A DNA stretch of 64,000 nt, taken from a virus. The stretch lies in IMG/VR virus record IMGVR_UViG_3300030116_004360, positions 26,478 to 90,477 of that record. One strand, written 5' to 3'. Made by a program: the position numbers and the translations under genes. This document shows, piece by piece, positions 1 to 11,717 of the stretch. The stretch's first letter is position 1. Each line of letters starts with the position of its first letter. The notes under the pieces were generated by a model, which did not search any database, was not told the DNA's origin, and saw only the letters and a program-made list of their open reading frames with translations.

Positions 1-153
1 GCTGGTGGAGTAACTAATAATATAACAGTTCAGGTTCAAGGTAGAATTGGTGCATCAGACCAAGAGATTAGAGATATTGCTAAAAAGGTTGGTGAACATA
101 TTAATAGAGAAATTAATAGGCATACATCGTCAGGGGTGAGAAGATATGGTTAG
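1..153 (+). CDS. 3' end of a tail gene, possibly tape measure protein (partial)
   Basis: Frame 1 is open from the window edge to TAG at 151-153 (…NNITVQVQGRIGASDQEIRDIAKKVGEHINREI…). The sequence resembles tape-measure C-termini and lies upstream of the tail genes. Confidence 0.5.
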   Translation, partial: AGGVTNNITVQVQGRIGASDQEIRDIAKKVGEHINREINRHTSSGVRRYG

Positions 154-844
154 TTATGATGGTGGATATAGAGTATTTCTTGATATTGCCGCTAGAGGTG
201 ATAATCAAGATTTTAATGTAAATAGAATTTTATTAAACTGTAATACTGTTGCCATTACAACGGGAAAAACAGTAATGGCGTTCCCTGTTCCTTTTAGTGG
301 ATTAGTAACAGGAGAATCAGCGATTGCTTCTTTAGATTTAGGTATGGCTGAAAAAACTATACAATTAAATGGGACTATTTTTGAAGATACAATTAAAAAA
401 GTATTTGATGTTGATGGAACTGAAACAACTAAAACTAGAAAAATGACGGCTCAAGAAATTTGCCAATTAATCCATTCTTATGTTGATTCATCTGTATTAC
501 AAGAACATCAAAATTTAAATAAATTAACAATACTTATACCTTCAAGAGTAGATGCAGATTTTGATTATTACACAGTAACTTCTACTTCAACAAGTAGTGA
601 AACAGAAGATTTAAATTTATTACACACAATTCCTTTTAATTATAAAGTGAGAGCATTAGATAATAAAGGGGGATTAGGAGGAATTCAAACTAGTTTACCC
701 GGTTCATTTCCCGATAACTCAAATGATGGAACTACAAGTGAAGGATTACAAGGTTTTATTCGTAGTTTTAATACTACATTTACAGGTGAAAGTAATTTTA
801 TTGAATTTAGTTTGGATTTCCAAATTGCTACTATGTCTCTTTAG
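146..844 (+). CDS. putative tail/baseplate (distal tail-like) protein
   Basis: 232 aa beta-rich ORF between the tape-measure-like end and the large tail proteins; assigned by position. Confidence 0.45.
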   Translation: MVSYDGGYRVFLDIAARGDNQDFNVNRILLNCNTVAITTGKTVMAFPVPFSGLVTGESAIASLDLGMAEKTIQLNGTIFEDTIKKVFDVDGTETTKTRKMTAQEICQLIHSYVDSSVLQEHQNLNKLTILIPSRVDADFDYYTVTSTSTSSETEDLNLLHTIPFNYKVRALDNKGGLGGIQTSLPGSFPDNSNDGTTSEGLQGFIRSFNTTFTGESNFIEFSLDFQIATMSL

Positions 845-852
845 GTGATATT

Positions 853-1674
853 TTGTATTCAACATATGTAGGACAAAACAATAGTTTGGTTTTTCCTGTT
901 ATGTGTAGTGGCTACGTTAAATTAGATTATAGTGATAATGTAGTAGATGATGCTGGAACAGATAATGTTTATGGTATTTGGGATGATGAATATAGAAACT
1001 TCACATTTGAAGCAATTGTTACTCCATATGATGTTGTAGGTAATGCTACATATCCAAATAATATTTCTACTAAAACTATGCCTTCAAGAGCAGGAGGCAC
1101 TGGACAAGGATATACTTATCTTTCTTCTAGTAACAGATTAAGTTATGAAATGTGTTTGTATAGTTGTTCAGCATTTGAAGTTAGATTAGCGAATACACAA
1201 GGTAGTAGTGCTTCTGCACCTGCTGAATATAGAATTGAAACAACAGTATTATTAGGTAGCACTGAATATACTTGTAATTCAAGCACTTGTATTGTTTCTG
1301 ATACAGGTAAAAGACATTTTCATACTCATGGCTCAGTTAAAGAAAATATCTATTCTTTTACTCCTTTTCATATTTTAGTTTCCTATGATAATAATAATAA
1401 GGACTGTTTAATATTTGTTAATGGTGTTAAAGTGGGTTCTTCTACCTTTTCTACTTCAGATGATTTTACTATGGCAGCAGAAGATATTTATATTGGTGTA
1501 GACCATGCACAATTTTCTAATACAGATGCTAATACTAGAAAACAATTTATGGGTGAAGTTCATGAATTAGCAATATATAATAGGGCAGTAAAGGATGCAC
1601 GAAGGAGATTAACATTAAATCCTCAAATACATAATACACTACTTTATCTTAGATTTGAGGAGGTTGCTGAATGA
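853..1674 (+). CDS. LamG/concanavalin A-like domain tail protein
   Basis: Motifs FTFEAIVTP, HILVSYD…IFVNG, IYIG and FMGEVHELAIYNRA match the Laminin_G_3 pattern. TTG start follows a GGTGA RBS. Confidence 0.7.
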   Translation: MYSTYVGQNNSLVFPVMCSGYVKLDYSDNVVDDAGTDNVYGIWDDEYRNFTFEAIVTPYDVVGNATYPNNISTKTMPSRAGGTGQGYTYLSSSNRLSYEMCLYSCSAFEVRLANTQGSSASAPAEYRIETTVLLGSTEYTCNSSTCIVSDTGKRHFHTHGSVKENIYSFTPFHILVSYDNNNKDCLIFVNGVKVGSSTFSTSDDFTMAAEDIYIGVDHAQFSNTDANTRKQFMGEVHELAIYNRAVKDARRRLTLNPQIHNTLLYLRFEEVAE

Positions 1675-4600
1675 CTAATATTTATTCTGATTTAGTTGTT
1701 ATGCAACGAGGTGGTTTAATTAGTGATGAACCCCCTAGTAATTCAGGAGTAGAAGTTCCAACAAACCCATTAATTAGATTTTATAATCCTGATGATGCTT
1801 CAACAGGTGGAGAATGGCCCGCAAATGTAAGTAATCCTGATGATGTAGGCCCAATTACCGCAACAGGTATTGTTTGTTATGAAGTAGTTAAAAATAAATC
1901 AACAGGAGATACTGTTGCTACAAATGGAGTAAGTCATACAAATGGTAATCCTGTTCAATTAAATAGAATTTTTCCTACTGCGGCTGATGTTACAACATAT
2001 GCTGAAAATTTTGCTAATACTCCCGGTTATAGAATAACTACTGACCCCACAACATCTACTTTACAAACACCGTCAAACAATCATACTTCTGCTATTACAA
2101 ATAATAGTTATGACCATTTTGTTTTACTCTTTGCAGATGACGAAAATAAACACCATTTTGCTAAAATTACTGAATACATTAAAGATGATGATGGTAATAG
2201 AACTTCATTTGAATTTACTCCTAGTTATGGAAAGGAAATACCTAAAGGAACTAAATTCACTATTTTTAAGGGACCACAATTTAGAGATGGTTCAGGTGAT
2301 TTAGTAAATACTGATGTTGTAGCGGTAGCATACGGATTAAGAATGGGTGGTAGTGGTAATAAACACGCTAATCATACATACTTATCAAGACCTAATTTTT
2401 TCTTTTATGAAGATAGAGTAAATAACTCAAGTGAGTTAGACCATAACACAAAATATACTTTATACTCATCTAGGTCGGATGGTTCCTCTGTTTCACATAT
2501 TAAAACAGTATTTTCTACTGTTCAAGATTTTGGTGAAAGAATTATTGATAATAGTTTATTTTCATATAACATAAAACTAGTAGATAATCTTAGAGATACA
2601 GATGAATCTGCAACTAATGATTATGTAGATTGGGACACGGCTATTGCTAATATACAAAGAAGATTGTCTGATAATACAGGAAATTCATATACAGGCCCCG
2701 GAAGATATTTACATTACACCTCTTCACCTGAACAATGTTCTTTAAACGGAAATGTAATGGATATTGAAATAAATAAAAATATTTCAGTTAGTGGTGATTA
2801 TTGTGAAATTACTTTTTCTGATACTCAAAGAATAAACTCTATGAAAATTAAAGAAAATGACCCATTAACAGTTAGAAGAAATTTGGCTAATAATATAATG
2901 AGTAAATCATTTGATGCTCAACTAATTGGGACTTTTACTGGTTCATCAGGTTCTTCTACTTTAACTGCAACATTAGAATCTGGACAAGATTTAACTAATT
3001 TACTTAAAAGTGGTTCTGATTATGAAGATATTAAAGTAGGTAGTCACTATTATTGTATTAGTGCTATTGGTGCAGTAAGTAGTAATACACAAGCATTAAC
3101 AATTAGTCATTATAGAACCTCTGTTGGTGGCTCTAAAAGTAGTGGAGGACTACAAGCAACTTATTCAAGCGAAAAAGCATATAGGCCAAGATGGTCTACT
3201 GTTACTAAAAATTTAATAGTTGATTTTGATTTAGATGCTAGAATTACTGATTTAGAAATCTTTTTGAGTAACGGTATTTTAGCAGGAACTAGATTGCCTT
3301 TAGCGTCATTCGATGCAGACAACAATTTTGTAACTACTACATATACCACTAGTAGATTTAATTCTCAGATTACTGGGAACCATATTTTAGATTTTCATTC
3401 TGGAAGTTATATAATTGATAAAAAAATATTTGAAGGTATTGTTGAAACAATAATAGAAGAATCACAACAAGGTATTCCTATATTTAAAGTAATAGGAAGA
3501 AATAAAGTTAGAGAATTACTTGGCCCAGTAATCAATAGAAATTATACTCATTCAGAAGATATGGTATATTCTACTTATGGTCCGTTAGCATTTTCTAATT
3601 CAGTTGTTAATGCTTCACTAACTGCAATACAATCAACTGGAGCAGTAGCGATTAATGCTACTACTATTACAGTTAATCATCATAGTGATACTTTAGGTAA
3701 TCAAGCAATTTATAACGGGCAATTAATTTTTAATTCTGATAAACATTTTGTTGGTGAAGTTCAATCATATGATACAGGTTCAAAAGAAATCACATTAAAA
3801 GATGGTGCTATGACTTCTCTCGCTTCAAGTGAAGTTTTACATCTTACTTCATATCCATTATTATCTTTTTCTAAAGCACTACATTCTAACTATACCAAAA
3901 CTAATTCCGCAACATCATTAGACAGTAGTGCAAATAAAGGTTTAATTTTTACTTCTGGAGAAGATTTAAACACTAATTCAGATTTGGTTGGCTCTTCTTT
4001 AAATACAAATAAAGATGCTAGAGGTTTCAATATTTATTATCCAGATAACATTAGTAAAGATAATAATTTTTACTGTGGACTAGCAGGATTAAACCACTCT
4101 TCTTTTTATAAAGAAAGAGATGAATCTAAAATTGTGAACTCTATAATGAGTTATGATATAATTGATATCGAACAAAAAGACAATAAAAGCACAATTGAAT
4201 TGGCTCCAATAAATCCAGCAATTTTAGCAAGAGTAAATATTAATGAGGAAAATTCTACTTTAGAAACTTTAACAGATTCCGGTTGGACATTTTCTTCAGG
4301 AGTTACTGCATCTAATTTTACTGTTTCGGGTGTAACTTGGGCTAATATACCATTTACTCATTCTACATTACAATCTGGATATATTTATAAATCAGATGGA
4401 ACTGTTATTGGAAAGGTTTTATGGAAAAGAAAACATACTTCTAATGGCAGTTCATTTAATTATCAAATTTCTTTAGATAGGGAATATACTTCTACTGCTA
4501 ATGAAAAAATATATATCATTTCTAATTATTCTAACAAACAACTTTATTTCTTAAATAAAAATAATATAGATTCTGGTGGTGTGGTTCAATTAGTAAATCC

Positions 4601-7600
4601 TCAATATTCAAGAGGAAATAGACCAATTGGTTTTCATGATATAACATCGGAAACATTTCATGGACGAAACTTATATAGATATTTAGATTTACACTCATCT
4701 GATTCTGGATTGCTTGGTAAAAATAATGTTGTAGTTAATATGTCGAATACGCAACCAATTATGGGAACTAGTAGTGAATTAAAAACAACTGCATCTTCAT
4801 ACAATTTTTATCCCGGAAGTGGTTTTGTAGCGACACATTCTCTATATACTACCCCAAAAACTAGTATTGATATTCAAACACCTCATGAATTAACAGAAAA
4901 TAAACCAGTTGTAGGTAGTAACTTTTTAGATGCAAATAACTATAAATCAACAAATACTCGTTCTGCTTATTTACCACATAATTTTGCATTATTTGATTCT
5001 GGCTCTACTAAACAATCAAAAATTCTATGTTTGCCTAAATCACATTTAGACAGTGATGTAGATTGGGCAAGAGGAAGTTTAGGAAGAGAATCACAATTTA
5101 GCGAAGAAAATCAAGGAAGATTAAATGCTATCCGTAGAGCAAAAGAATATTTAGAACATATAAATAAAAGTGCAGAAAAATATTTTATTTTCTCTCCTTC
5201 GGACATTTATCCAGATTCTAAAACTAGAGAAACAAATATTTTAAACGGTAGTAAGGCTTTTACTGATTATAATATTATGATATATGGTGAACCAACTTTA
5301 GAAGATAGTTCTATTGAATATCAAGATATTGTAGGTAAATTAAATCGTAGTAATACTACTGATGAAAATTATGAAACATTAACTATTTCTGAATCCTCAC
5401 ATAGTCCTTCAGAATTAACTAGATTTGGTGTAATGAGGCTTACCGAAGTTTGTTTTGATTGGCATTTTAATATTGTAGACCCTGAAAATATTATAGAAAA
5501 AAATACTACAATACCTAATTTCGTTTATTCTGCTCATTCAAGTATTGATTATACAACTGCTGGAACTGAAGCAACTGTTAATGGAACAATGGTTTATGCT
5601 TCTGGAAGTCCTGATACATTAAAGGTTCAATGTTCTGCCAATACTTTTTCAGCAGGAGAATATGCTTTTTATCCTGATGGAAATATGTTAGGAAAAATTA
5701 GTTCAATATCATCAGGTGATTTAGTATTTAATATTGGAGCAGGTCAAGATAACCCTAATGGCTTAAATTCTGATACAGATGGTAATTTTCCAGATGGTTC
5801 TAATGTAACTAAACTACATCGTAGAATACCTACTTATTTAACTGGTAATGAAACAATTAATACAATCGTTAAGGGACAAGGAAAGGAAGATACTTTGCAT
5901 AACATTAAAGGTAGTCGTTCTACTCCTAAACAAAATGAAGGATTTCAAATGTATAAAGGAGGTATATTTAGCACTGAAACTGCTACATTTAAGCATGATA
6001 ATGTGAATTATAAATCACAACAAGACAGTGAACAAGCACTTCAAATACCATTTTATTTAGAACAAAAAACAACTGGTTCTTATGAAAATTTTAATGCTCT
6101 TGTTTTCCAAAATGATGGCTTTTCTTTTGTTGAGTATGGAAATCATCAAAAAGTTACTGGTGGTTTACTAAATCCGGGTGAAAGAACTCCGGGTGAATAT
6201 ACTAATATAACACCAGTAGCAACTGATGGTTCAGGTGTAACAGATTTAAGAGTTAAAGTTACTGTATCAAGTCATTATAAAAGACCAGTAACTATAGAAA
6301 TAACAACTCTTGGTTCGGCTTCTAATGGAAATACTTTTAAAATAACTAATACAGATATTTACGATAGTTCTACAAGTGAAGATGAAGCAACCTTTACTGT
6401 TAGAACATCAAGTGGAACAACACATGATGCAGAAGATTTTATTCATCCATCTAGAGTTATAGAAGCGTTTCAGACAGAATCACAAGGAAATAACTCTTCT
6501 AGCATTATTGGTAATAGACAAAATTTATTAAAAACTAATATTTATTATCCTTCAAGAGTAGTTTTATTTGATAAATATTCTTTAGATGCTGCTCCTGATG
6601 GTTCTTCAAATGATACTCAAAGAATAAATATACCAAGTATAAACGGTATGACTCTCCCAGTAGCAAATGGAGCGATTCAACTTAAAGTAGATGCAGAAAC
6701 TAGTGGTAAAAGATATACTTCTATATTTTTACCATTAGAAGATACGTTTGCTAAAGATATTAATATCCAAAGTGGTGATTATTTAGGAGCAGGTTGTGAA
6801 TATTTCTTTAAACCTATACTTGCATTAAAAGCACAAAGTGATATGAGTGGAACATACCCTGCTATGAATACTGTAACAAAAGGAACTAGAACACATACTG
6901 AAATTCACATTAATAATTATGTTAGTAGTCATATAACTCCTGATGGAACAGGTAATTATCATCCTAATAATTATTGGTTAGATTTTGCACCAAATTTAAC
7001 AGGTTACTATTTAGCATCAATGGATGGATATATCACTGATTTAAATGAAGCATCAGCAAATGTATATACTGGTTATGATATGAATGAAGTTTCTTCTTAT
7101 TCTTTACAACCAAATAATATATATTATGTTGTTTCACATACAGTTATAGGGGATGCAAACGGTATAACCCATAAAATAGTTGTGGATGGAAATATAACTG
7201 ATTCAGCAACGCCATTTAATAGATATTTTAGAATTTTGAAACCATCTGAAGTTTGTTTTCATGAAAATACACCAAATGAATTAGAATTTTATACACTTAA
7301 ATCTGAATATACTAAAGAACCTAGAAGTAATAATATGTATAAAGATATTCCTAGTTCAAATAGTTTTCAAAACTCTGTTATTGGTAATACAACTTCAACA
7401 GAAGCAGAAGCATTAAACGCAGAAAGGAGTGTAGTTTCTGGTTATCAGGAAGGAGTATTATCAATGTATGTCGTTGTGGATTCTGATAGATTAGGAGATG
7501 GAAATGATTATGTTGTTAGAAGTCCTGAAAATTTCTTTGGAACAGGATTAAGTGAGGGTAATTATACTTTTTATACAACTGATGGTAATGAAAAATATAA

Positions 7601-8723
7601 ACAAAATTTAAGAATAGATTTATTTACTGCATCTAAAAACTCTAGTAATAGTGCCTTTCCAAGTTCATTGACTTATACGGTTCCCAAATTAACTTTTGGT
7701 TCTAAATTTAACAGACAAGTCGGAATAGTTTCTTTTTCAACTCCTTTTACAATTACATCACCTAGACCCGTTTCCTTAAGAAAATCATCTAAAGCAAAAA
7801 TCGGGTGTTCAGTTAGTATTACTCTAGAAGCAGAAGATATTATCAATGATATTTTAGAAAGAAATAATATACAATTTGATAATACAACTCAAGAATTTGA
7901 ATATTTTATTGGTCCGAACTTTCAAGGAGCAGATGCTTATTCAGCAATTAATTTCTTAGCAAGATTAAAAAATAAAAGATTAGATTTTAATGGTAATAAC
8001 ATTTCACTAACTAAAATATTAGATAGTTCTAACTTTACAAAGGCTTTCATAACAGATGAAAATGTAGATTATAAGATTACTAGTGTAAGTAGAGAAAACT
8101 CATTGTTTGATTACTATAATGATATTAATGTCTACGGAAGGGGAGTTAAATCTAGAGTTCGTGATATAAAAGGAATTAAGAAATTTGGGACTAAAACTTT
8201 AGAAATTACAGATGAATCTTTTACCACTCAAGAAGAAGTAGATACAGAAGCAAGGAGATTACTTAAGCAACATACTGAAAACAGTAAAAGAATAACTGTT
8301 ACTTTAGGAACTGATAAATTAAAATATTTAAGAGTCGGTGATGTTGTAGATTTCTCATCTAAATATAATGGAATACCTAGAGGAGAATATTTAGTTTTAG
8401 GGATTAAACATACAGTCGGTCCTATGACTTTGGAATTAGGCGCGTATAATGCAGGTTTACAAGCAAAACTTGCAGAAATGTTAATTGATAATAAAAAGTC
8501 AAAGGCATTTATTCGTGGACAATCTTTTAAAGAAAACGAAGAAACGGCTATTAATCTTGAACAATATAAAGTAAAGCCAATCAAATTAATAATAACTAAA
8601 ACTAGTTCTTCGGGTTCATTCACATTAGGCTTTGGTCAAACATTAAATATAGGGACCGCCACATTAGGATTCACCGGAGGAACTAGTTCTTCTACTACTA
8701 CATTAAAGGAGATAAACTTATGA
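1671..8723 (+). CDS. very large tail/baseplate protein (2350 aa)
   Basis: S/T/N/G-rich long ORF. The C-terminus (YNDINVYGRG…IKKFG…LRVGDVVD…) resembles phage tail hub/central tail proteins. Confidence 0.65.
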   Translation: MTNIYSDLVVMQRGGLISDEPPSNSGVEVPTNPLIRFYNPDDASTGGEWPANVSNPDDVGPITATGIVCYEVVKNKSTGDTVATNGVSHTNGNPVQLNRIFPTAADVTTYAENFANTPGYRITTDPTTSTLQTPSNNHTSAITNNSYDHFVLLFADDENKHHFAKITEYIKDDDGNRTSFEFTPSYGKEIPKGTKFTIFKGPQFRDGSGDLVNTDVVAVAYGLRMGGSGNKHANHTYLSRPNFFFYEDRVNNSSELDHNTKYTLYSSRSDGSSVSHIKTVFSTVQDFGERIIDNSLFSYNIKLVDNLRDTDESATNDYVDWDTAIANIQRRLSDNTGNSYTGPGRYLHYTSSPEQCSLNGNVMDIEINKNISVSGDYCEITFSDTQRINSMKIKENDPLTVRRNLANNIMSKSFDAQLIGTFTGSSGSSTLTATLESGQDLTNLLKSGSDYEDIKVGSHYYCISAIGAVSSNTQALTISHYRTSVGGSKSSGGLQATYSSEKAYRPRWSTVTKNLIVDFDLDARITDLEIFLSNGILAGTRLPLASFDADNNFVTTTYTTSRFNSQITGNHILDFHSGSYIIDKKIFEGIVETIIEESQQGIPIFKVIGRNKVRELLGPVINRNYTHSEDMVYSTYGPLAFSNSVVNASLTAIQSTGAVAINATTITVNHHSDTLGNQAIYNGQLIFNSDKHFVGEVQSYDTGSKEITLKDGAMTSLASSEVLHLTSYPLLSFSKALHSNYTKTNSATSLDSSANKGLIFTSGEDLNTNSDLVGSSLNTNKDARGFNIYYPDNISKDNNFYCGLAGLNHSSFYKERDESKIVNSIMSYDIIDIEQKDNKSTIELAPINPAILARVNINEENSTLETLTDSGWTFSSGVTASNFTVSGVTWANIPFTHSTLQSGYIYKSDGTVIGKVLWKRKHTSNGSSFNYQISLDREYTSTANEKIYIISNYSNKQLYFLNKNNIDSGGVVQLVNPQYSRGNRPIGFHDITSETFHGRNLYRYLDLHSSDSGLLGKNNVVVNMSNTQPIMGTSSELKTTASSYNFYPGSGFVATHSLYTTPKTSIDIQTPHELTENKPVVGSNFLDANNYKSTNTRSAYLPHNFALFDSGSTKQSKILCLPKSHLDSDVDWARGSLGRESQFSEENQGRLNAIRRAKEYLEHINKSAEKYFIFSPSDIYPDSKTRETNILNGSKAFTDYNIMIYGEPTLEDSSIEYQDIVGKLNRSNTTDENYETLTISESSHSPSELTRFGVMRLTEVCFDWHFNIVDPENIIEKNTTIPNFVYSAHSSIDYTTAGTEATVNGTMVYASGSPDTLKVQCSANTFSAGEYAFYPDGNMLGKISSISSGDLVFNIGAGQDNPNGLNSDTDGNFPDGSNVTKLHRRIPTYLTGNETINTIVKGQGKEDTLHNIKGSRSTPKQNEGFQMYKGGIFSTETATFKHDNVNYKSQQDSEQALQIPFYLEQKTTGSYENFNALVFQNDGFSFVEYGNHQKVTGGLLNPGERTPGEYTNITPVATDGSGVTDLRVKVTVSSHYKRPVTIEITTLGSASNGNTFKITNTDIYDSSTSEDEATFTVRTSSGTTHDAEDFIHPSRVIEAFQTESQGNNSSSIIGNRQNLLKTNIYYPSRVVLFDKYSLDAAPDGSSNDTQRINIPSINGMTLPVANGAIQLKVDAETSGKRYTSIFLPLEDTFAKDINIQSGDYLGAGCEYFFKPILALKAQSDMSGTYPAMNTVTKGTRTHTEIHINNYVSSHITPDGTGNYHPNNYWLDFAPNLTGYYLASMDGYITDLNEASANVYTGYDMNEVSSYSLQPNNIYYVVSHTVIGDANGITHKIVVDGNITDSATPFNRYFRILKPSEVCFHENTPNELEFYTLKSEYTKEPRSNNMYKDIPSSNSFQNSVIGNTTSTEAEALNAERSVVSGYQEGVLSMYVVVDSDRLGDGNDYVVRSPENFFGTGLSEGNYTFYTTDGNEKYKQNLRIDLFTASKNSSNSAFPSSLTYTVPKLTFGSKFNRQVGIVSFSTPFTITSPRPVSLRKSSKAKIGCSVSITLEAEDIINDILERNNIQFDNTTQEFEYFIGPNFQGADAYSAINFLARLKNKRLDFNGNNISLTKILDSSNFTKAFITDENVDYKITSVSRENSLFDYYNDINVYGRGVKSRVRDIKGIKKFGTKTLEITDESFTTQEEVDTEARRLLKQHTENSKRITVTLGTDKLKYLRVGDVVDFSSKYNGIPRGEYLVLGIKHTVGPMTLELGAYNAGLQAKLAEMLIDNKKSKAFIRGQSFKENEETAINLEQYKVKPIKLIITKTSSSGSFTLGFGQTLNIGTATLGFTGGTSSSTTTLKEINL

Positions 8724-9139
8724 TAACCGAAGAAACAAAACGAAGAATGGCTATGTTTTTAAAAACATTTACAACAACCGCAAAAGTGGGTAATGGTGGT
8801 GATAGCACCAATCCATCAAGTAATGATTTAGATTCAGTAGTTTCATCTTCTTCGTCGTTTTCAACAGTATTATCGGATGAAAATGTAGTTGATTTTAATG
8901 CAACCTTTAATTCATTAACTGGCGAAACAATTAGAGAATTTGGTATATTTGCTACATTACCTTCAAGTGAGGTTCATTTTAATACCCTAAAAACAAATAT
9001 GGCTTTATCAGTATCAGATACTATTTCTACGGCAGTTACAACAGATACAGTTATGATTGCTAGATTCAACTTTGATGCGTTAGGGCCTTTTACTGCATCA
9101 GATACAGTTAATATTACTTTAGTAGCGGAGGTCGAATAA
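8720..9139 (+). CDS. putative tail fibre-associated/baseplate protein
   Basis: ATGA overlap with the upstream gene. VGNG…TIREFGIF…MIAR resembles tail-collar/fibre N-terminal domains. Confidence 0.5.
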   Translation: MITEETKRRMAMFLKTFTTTAKVGNGGDSTNPSSNDLDSVVSSSSSFSTVLSDENVVDFNATFNSLTGETIREFGIFATLPSSEVHFNTLKTNMALSVSDTISTAVTTDTVMIARFNFDALGPFTASDTVNITLVAEVE

Positions 9140-9140
9140 T

Positions 9141-11348
9141 ATGGTAAGTAACCCCAATCAATACAGTAAAAGCGCAACTTCACCAACTGCTCAAATAGAA
9201 GATGGTGTTGATTTTCCACATACAGGAATTATTAAAGCACTTTCTGATGGTTTAGGTCAAAACTATGCAATAAGTGGATTTGATATTACAATTGATAGTG
9301 CAACACAAATTGACGTAGGAGCAGGTGTTATTTTTAGAGATGGTAATAAAGTTTCAATTAGTGCAGTAAATAATATGTCTTTAAGTTCTACTTATACTAA
9401 TGGTTATCATTTATTAGTAGCAGATAGTTCAAATGTTCTTAGAATTAGAAATCCTACTGCGGTAAATAAAGTTCCAGAATATACGGCAGGAGATACTATT
9501 ATTGCAGTTGTTACTCATACTGGAACTGCAAATGTTGGTCTTCAATATCTTACTGTAAATAAAACTGAAAATAGTTTAAGTATAGGTTATAATGATTCTG
9601 GATATACAGAAATGAGTAAAATAACTGCTGCTTCTGGTGGAACTACCGTAGAAGTTCCTACTGCTGGTGGAAATTTTATTATTGATAATACAGATGCAGA
9701 TAAAAAAATTGTAGCAAGATTAGGTAGTGATGATGCTAATACTGCCTTTGAAGTTAGAAATAATTCTGATGCTGCTAAATTAACTGTTGGTGGCGATGGT
9801 TTAGTTGCTACTGCTGGTAATATTAAAGTCGGTGGAAATGTAATTCAGGCTTCTGATGGTGGAAGCACTATTACTATGGACACTAGTGATAATGTAACTA
9901 TTGCTGGAGATTTAACAGTTAGTGGTGGAGATATTATTGGGCCTACTGATGCTGCATTAACAATTAAATCAGATGGTGATATGCATTTTAGAGTAGATGC
10001 CGATAATGATGGAACTCATGGATTTAAATTTAGAGATGGTGGAAATAATATTGTTGCTCAAATAACAGAAGCAGGTTTAATACAATATGATGGTATTGCA
10101 TATCAAGCCATTCAAAATATGACTTCTAATAGAAGTGCTGGTTGGCATACAATTGCTAAAATTAAAGGTAGAAGTGGTGGTTCTGGTGGAGGAACAGGAG
10201 GCTCAAATCAAAGAGGTCACGCAACATTCTTATTAAAAGATGAAACATCATCAAGACATCAAACAATTGAATTTAATGCTTCTCATATGTTTGGAACAGA
10301 TGCTTCTAATAACATAACAGTTACACATAGCGCATTATTCTCTACTGCCGTTGTTACTAAATTAAGATTAAAAGATAATTCTACTTATGACGGTTGTGCT
10401 TTACAGATATATATAGCAGATTCAACAAATAATATTGTTTTATACGTTAAAAATAATTTTGCGGATGATGGATGGGTTTTAGTTGATACAGTAGCAGATG
10501 GTTCAGACCCCGGAGATTTAGGCTATAATAACGCTTGGTCAGATTTTGTTGCTACTGCTGCATCAGAAGTAGATTTAAACACTTTAGGTTTATTACAAGG
10601 TGGAATGCATACAGAACATTTTAGTGCTGATGATGCTAAAATGGGAACTTTAGAAATTACAAATAGCGATTCAACAACAAATGCCGTTGTATTCCCATTA
10701 AAAATTTCAGAGGAAACATCAGGAACTCCTGCTAATGGTTTAGGAGTTGGAATACAATTTGAAGTAGAAACATCAGCAGGAAATAATGAAATTGGTGCTA
10801 CAATGGAAGTAGTAACAACTGATGTTTCTTCTGGTAGTGAAGATTTTAAAATAGTTTTTAAGGCTATGGCGGCTGGAAGCGCAGCAGCCGAAATGTTGTC
10901 TTTAGACGCTAATAACGTCACATCACCCGTAAATGGTAGAATAATAACTCCGGGTTTTGGATATAATTTTGGAGGTGCAGTTTATGTTTCTGGACCCACT
11001 AGTAGTAAGGGAAATATATCTTTTGCTAGAGTTGTTATATTAGATGTTAGAAATAGCGCAAATAATTTCTTTGCTTTACCTGCAAGTTCAGGTGTTTCTA
11101 ATGGTCAATTAATTACATTAAAAAATCCAACTAATGTAGATGCTATTATTAGCCCACAATCAGGAGATGAAATAGATTTTGGAAGCACAAATAATGGTAT
11201 GATTGGAAGTGCTAATGTTTTAACTTTGCCCGGTGCAGGTTGTGTTACTTTAATGTGCTATTCAGGTTGGGATAAAAATAATTTAACAGACAGTAATGGA
11301 TTAGGAGCAACTCAAAGTGGATGGTTTGTTGTTAATCAAACAGTATGA
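9141..11348 (+). CDS. tail fibre / receptor-binding protein
   Basis: 735 aa G/S/T-rich beta-repeat protein at the end of the tail module. Confidence 0.65.
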   Translation: MVSNPNQYSKSATSPTAQIEDGVDFPHTGIIKALSDGLGQNYAISGFDITIDSATQIDVGAGVIFRDGNKVSISAVNNMSLSSTYTNGYHLLVADSSNVLRIRNPTAVNKVPEYTAGDTIIAVVTHTGTANVGLQYLTVNKTENSLSIGYNDSGYTEMSKITAASGGTTVEVPTAGGNFIIDNTDADKKIVARLGSDDANTAFEVRNNSDAAKLTVGGDGLVATAGNIKVGGNVIQASDGGSTITMDTSDNVTIAGDLTVSGGDIIGPTDAALTIKSDGDMHFRVDADNDGTHGFKFRDGGNNIVAQITEAGLIQYDGIAYQAIQNMTSNRSAGWHTIAKIKGRSGGSGGGTGGSNQRGHATFLLKDETSSRHQTIEFNASHMFGTDASNNITVTHSALFSTAVVTKLRLKDNSTYDGCALQIYIADSTNNIVLYVKNNFADDGWVLVDTVADGSDPGDLGYNNAWSDFVATAASEVDLNTLGLLQGGMHTEHFSADDAKMGTLEITNSDSTTNAVVFPLKISEETSGTPANGLGVGIQFEVETSAGNNEIGATMEVVTTDVSSGSEDFKIVFKAMAAGSAAAEMLSLDANNVTSPVNGRIITPGFGYNFGGAVYVSGPTSSKGNISFARVVILDVRNSANNFFALPASSGVSNGQLITLKNPTNVDAIISPQSGDEIDFGSTNNGMIGSANVLTLPGAGCVTLMCYSGWDKNNLTDSNGLGATQSGWFVVNQTV

Positions 11349-11352
11349 TAAC

Positions 11353-11445
11353 ATGAAAACTAAAACTAAGATTGTATATGTTATTGTTAATTCAATACTT
11401 CTAATAACCGCATTAATAATAATTGTTTTCAAATATAACCGATGA
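11353..11445 (+). CDS. small membrane peptide (30 aa)
   Basis: Manual translation MKTKTKIVYVIVNSILLITALIIIVFKYNR: basic N-terminus plus one hydrophobic helix. Confidence 0.45.
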   Translation: MKTKTKIVYVIVNSILLITALIIIVFKYNR

Positions 11446-11717
11446 AAATAGTAGCGTAATTGCTGATTTATATACTCTGATAATGGGTTAAATTATTGGC
11501 CCTATTAGAGAGCGCGTGTAAGCACTTTGATAGGTCGCAACGGGTAGGTCGCTCCCCGATTGAAAAGAGGCTCCTGAGAGGCTTCTTAGGGGGCATTTTA
11601 GGGGTGTTTCAACGGGGTCGAATCCATTGAAAATCAAGGCCAAAATAAGCGTGAGAAATTTTTTTTTGAAAATGAATAAAAAAATAAAAAAAGGGAGACA
11701 AGAAGAATTGGCCTAAA

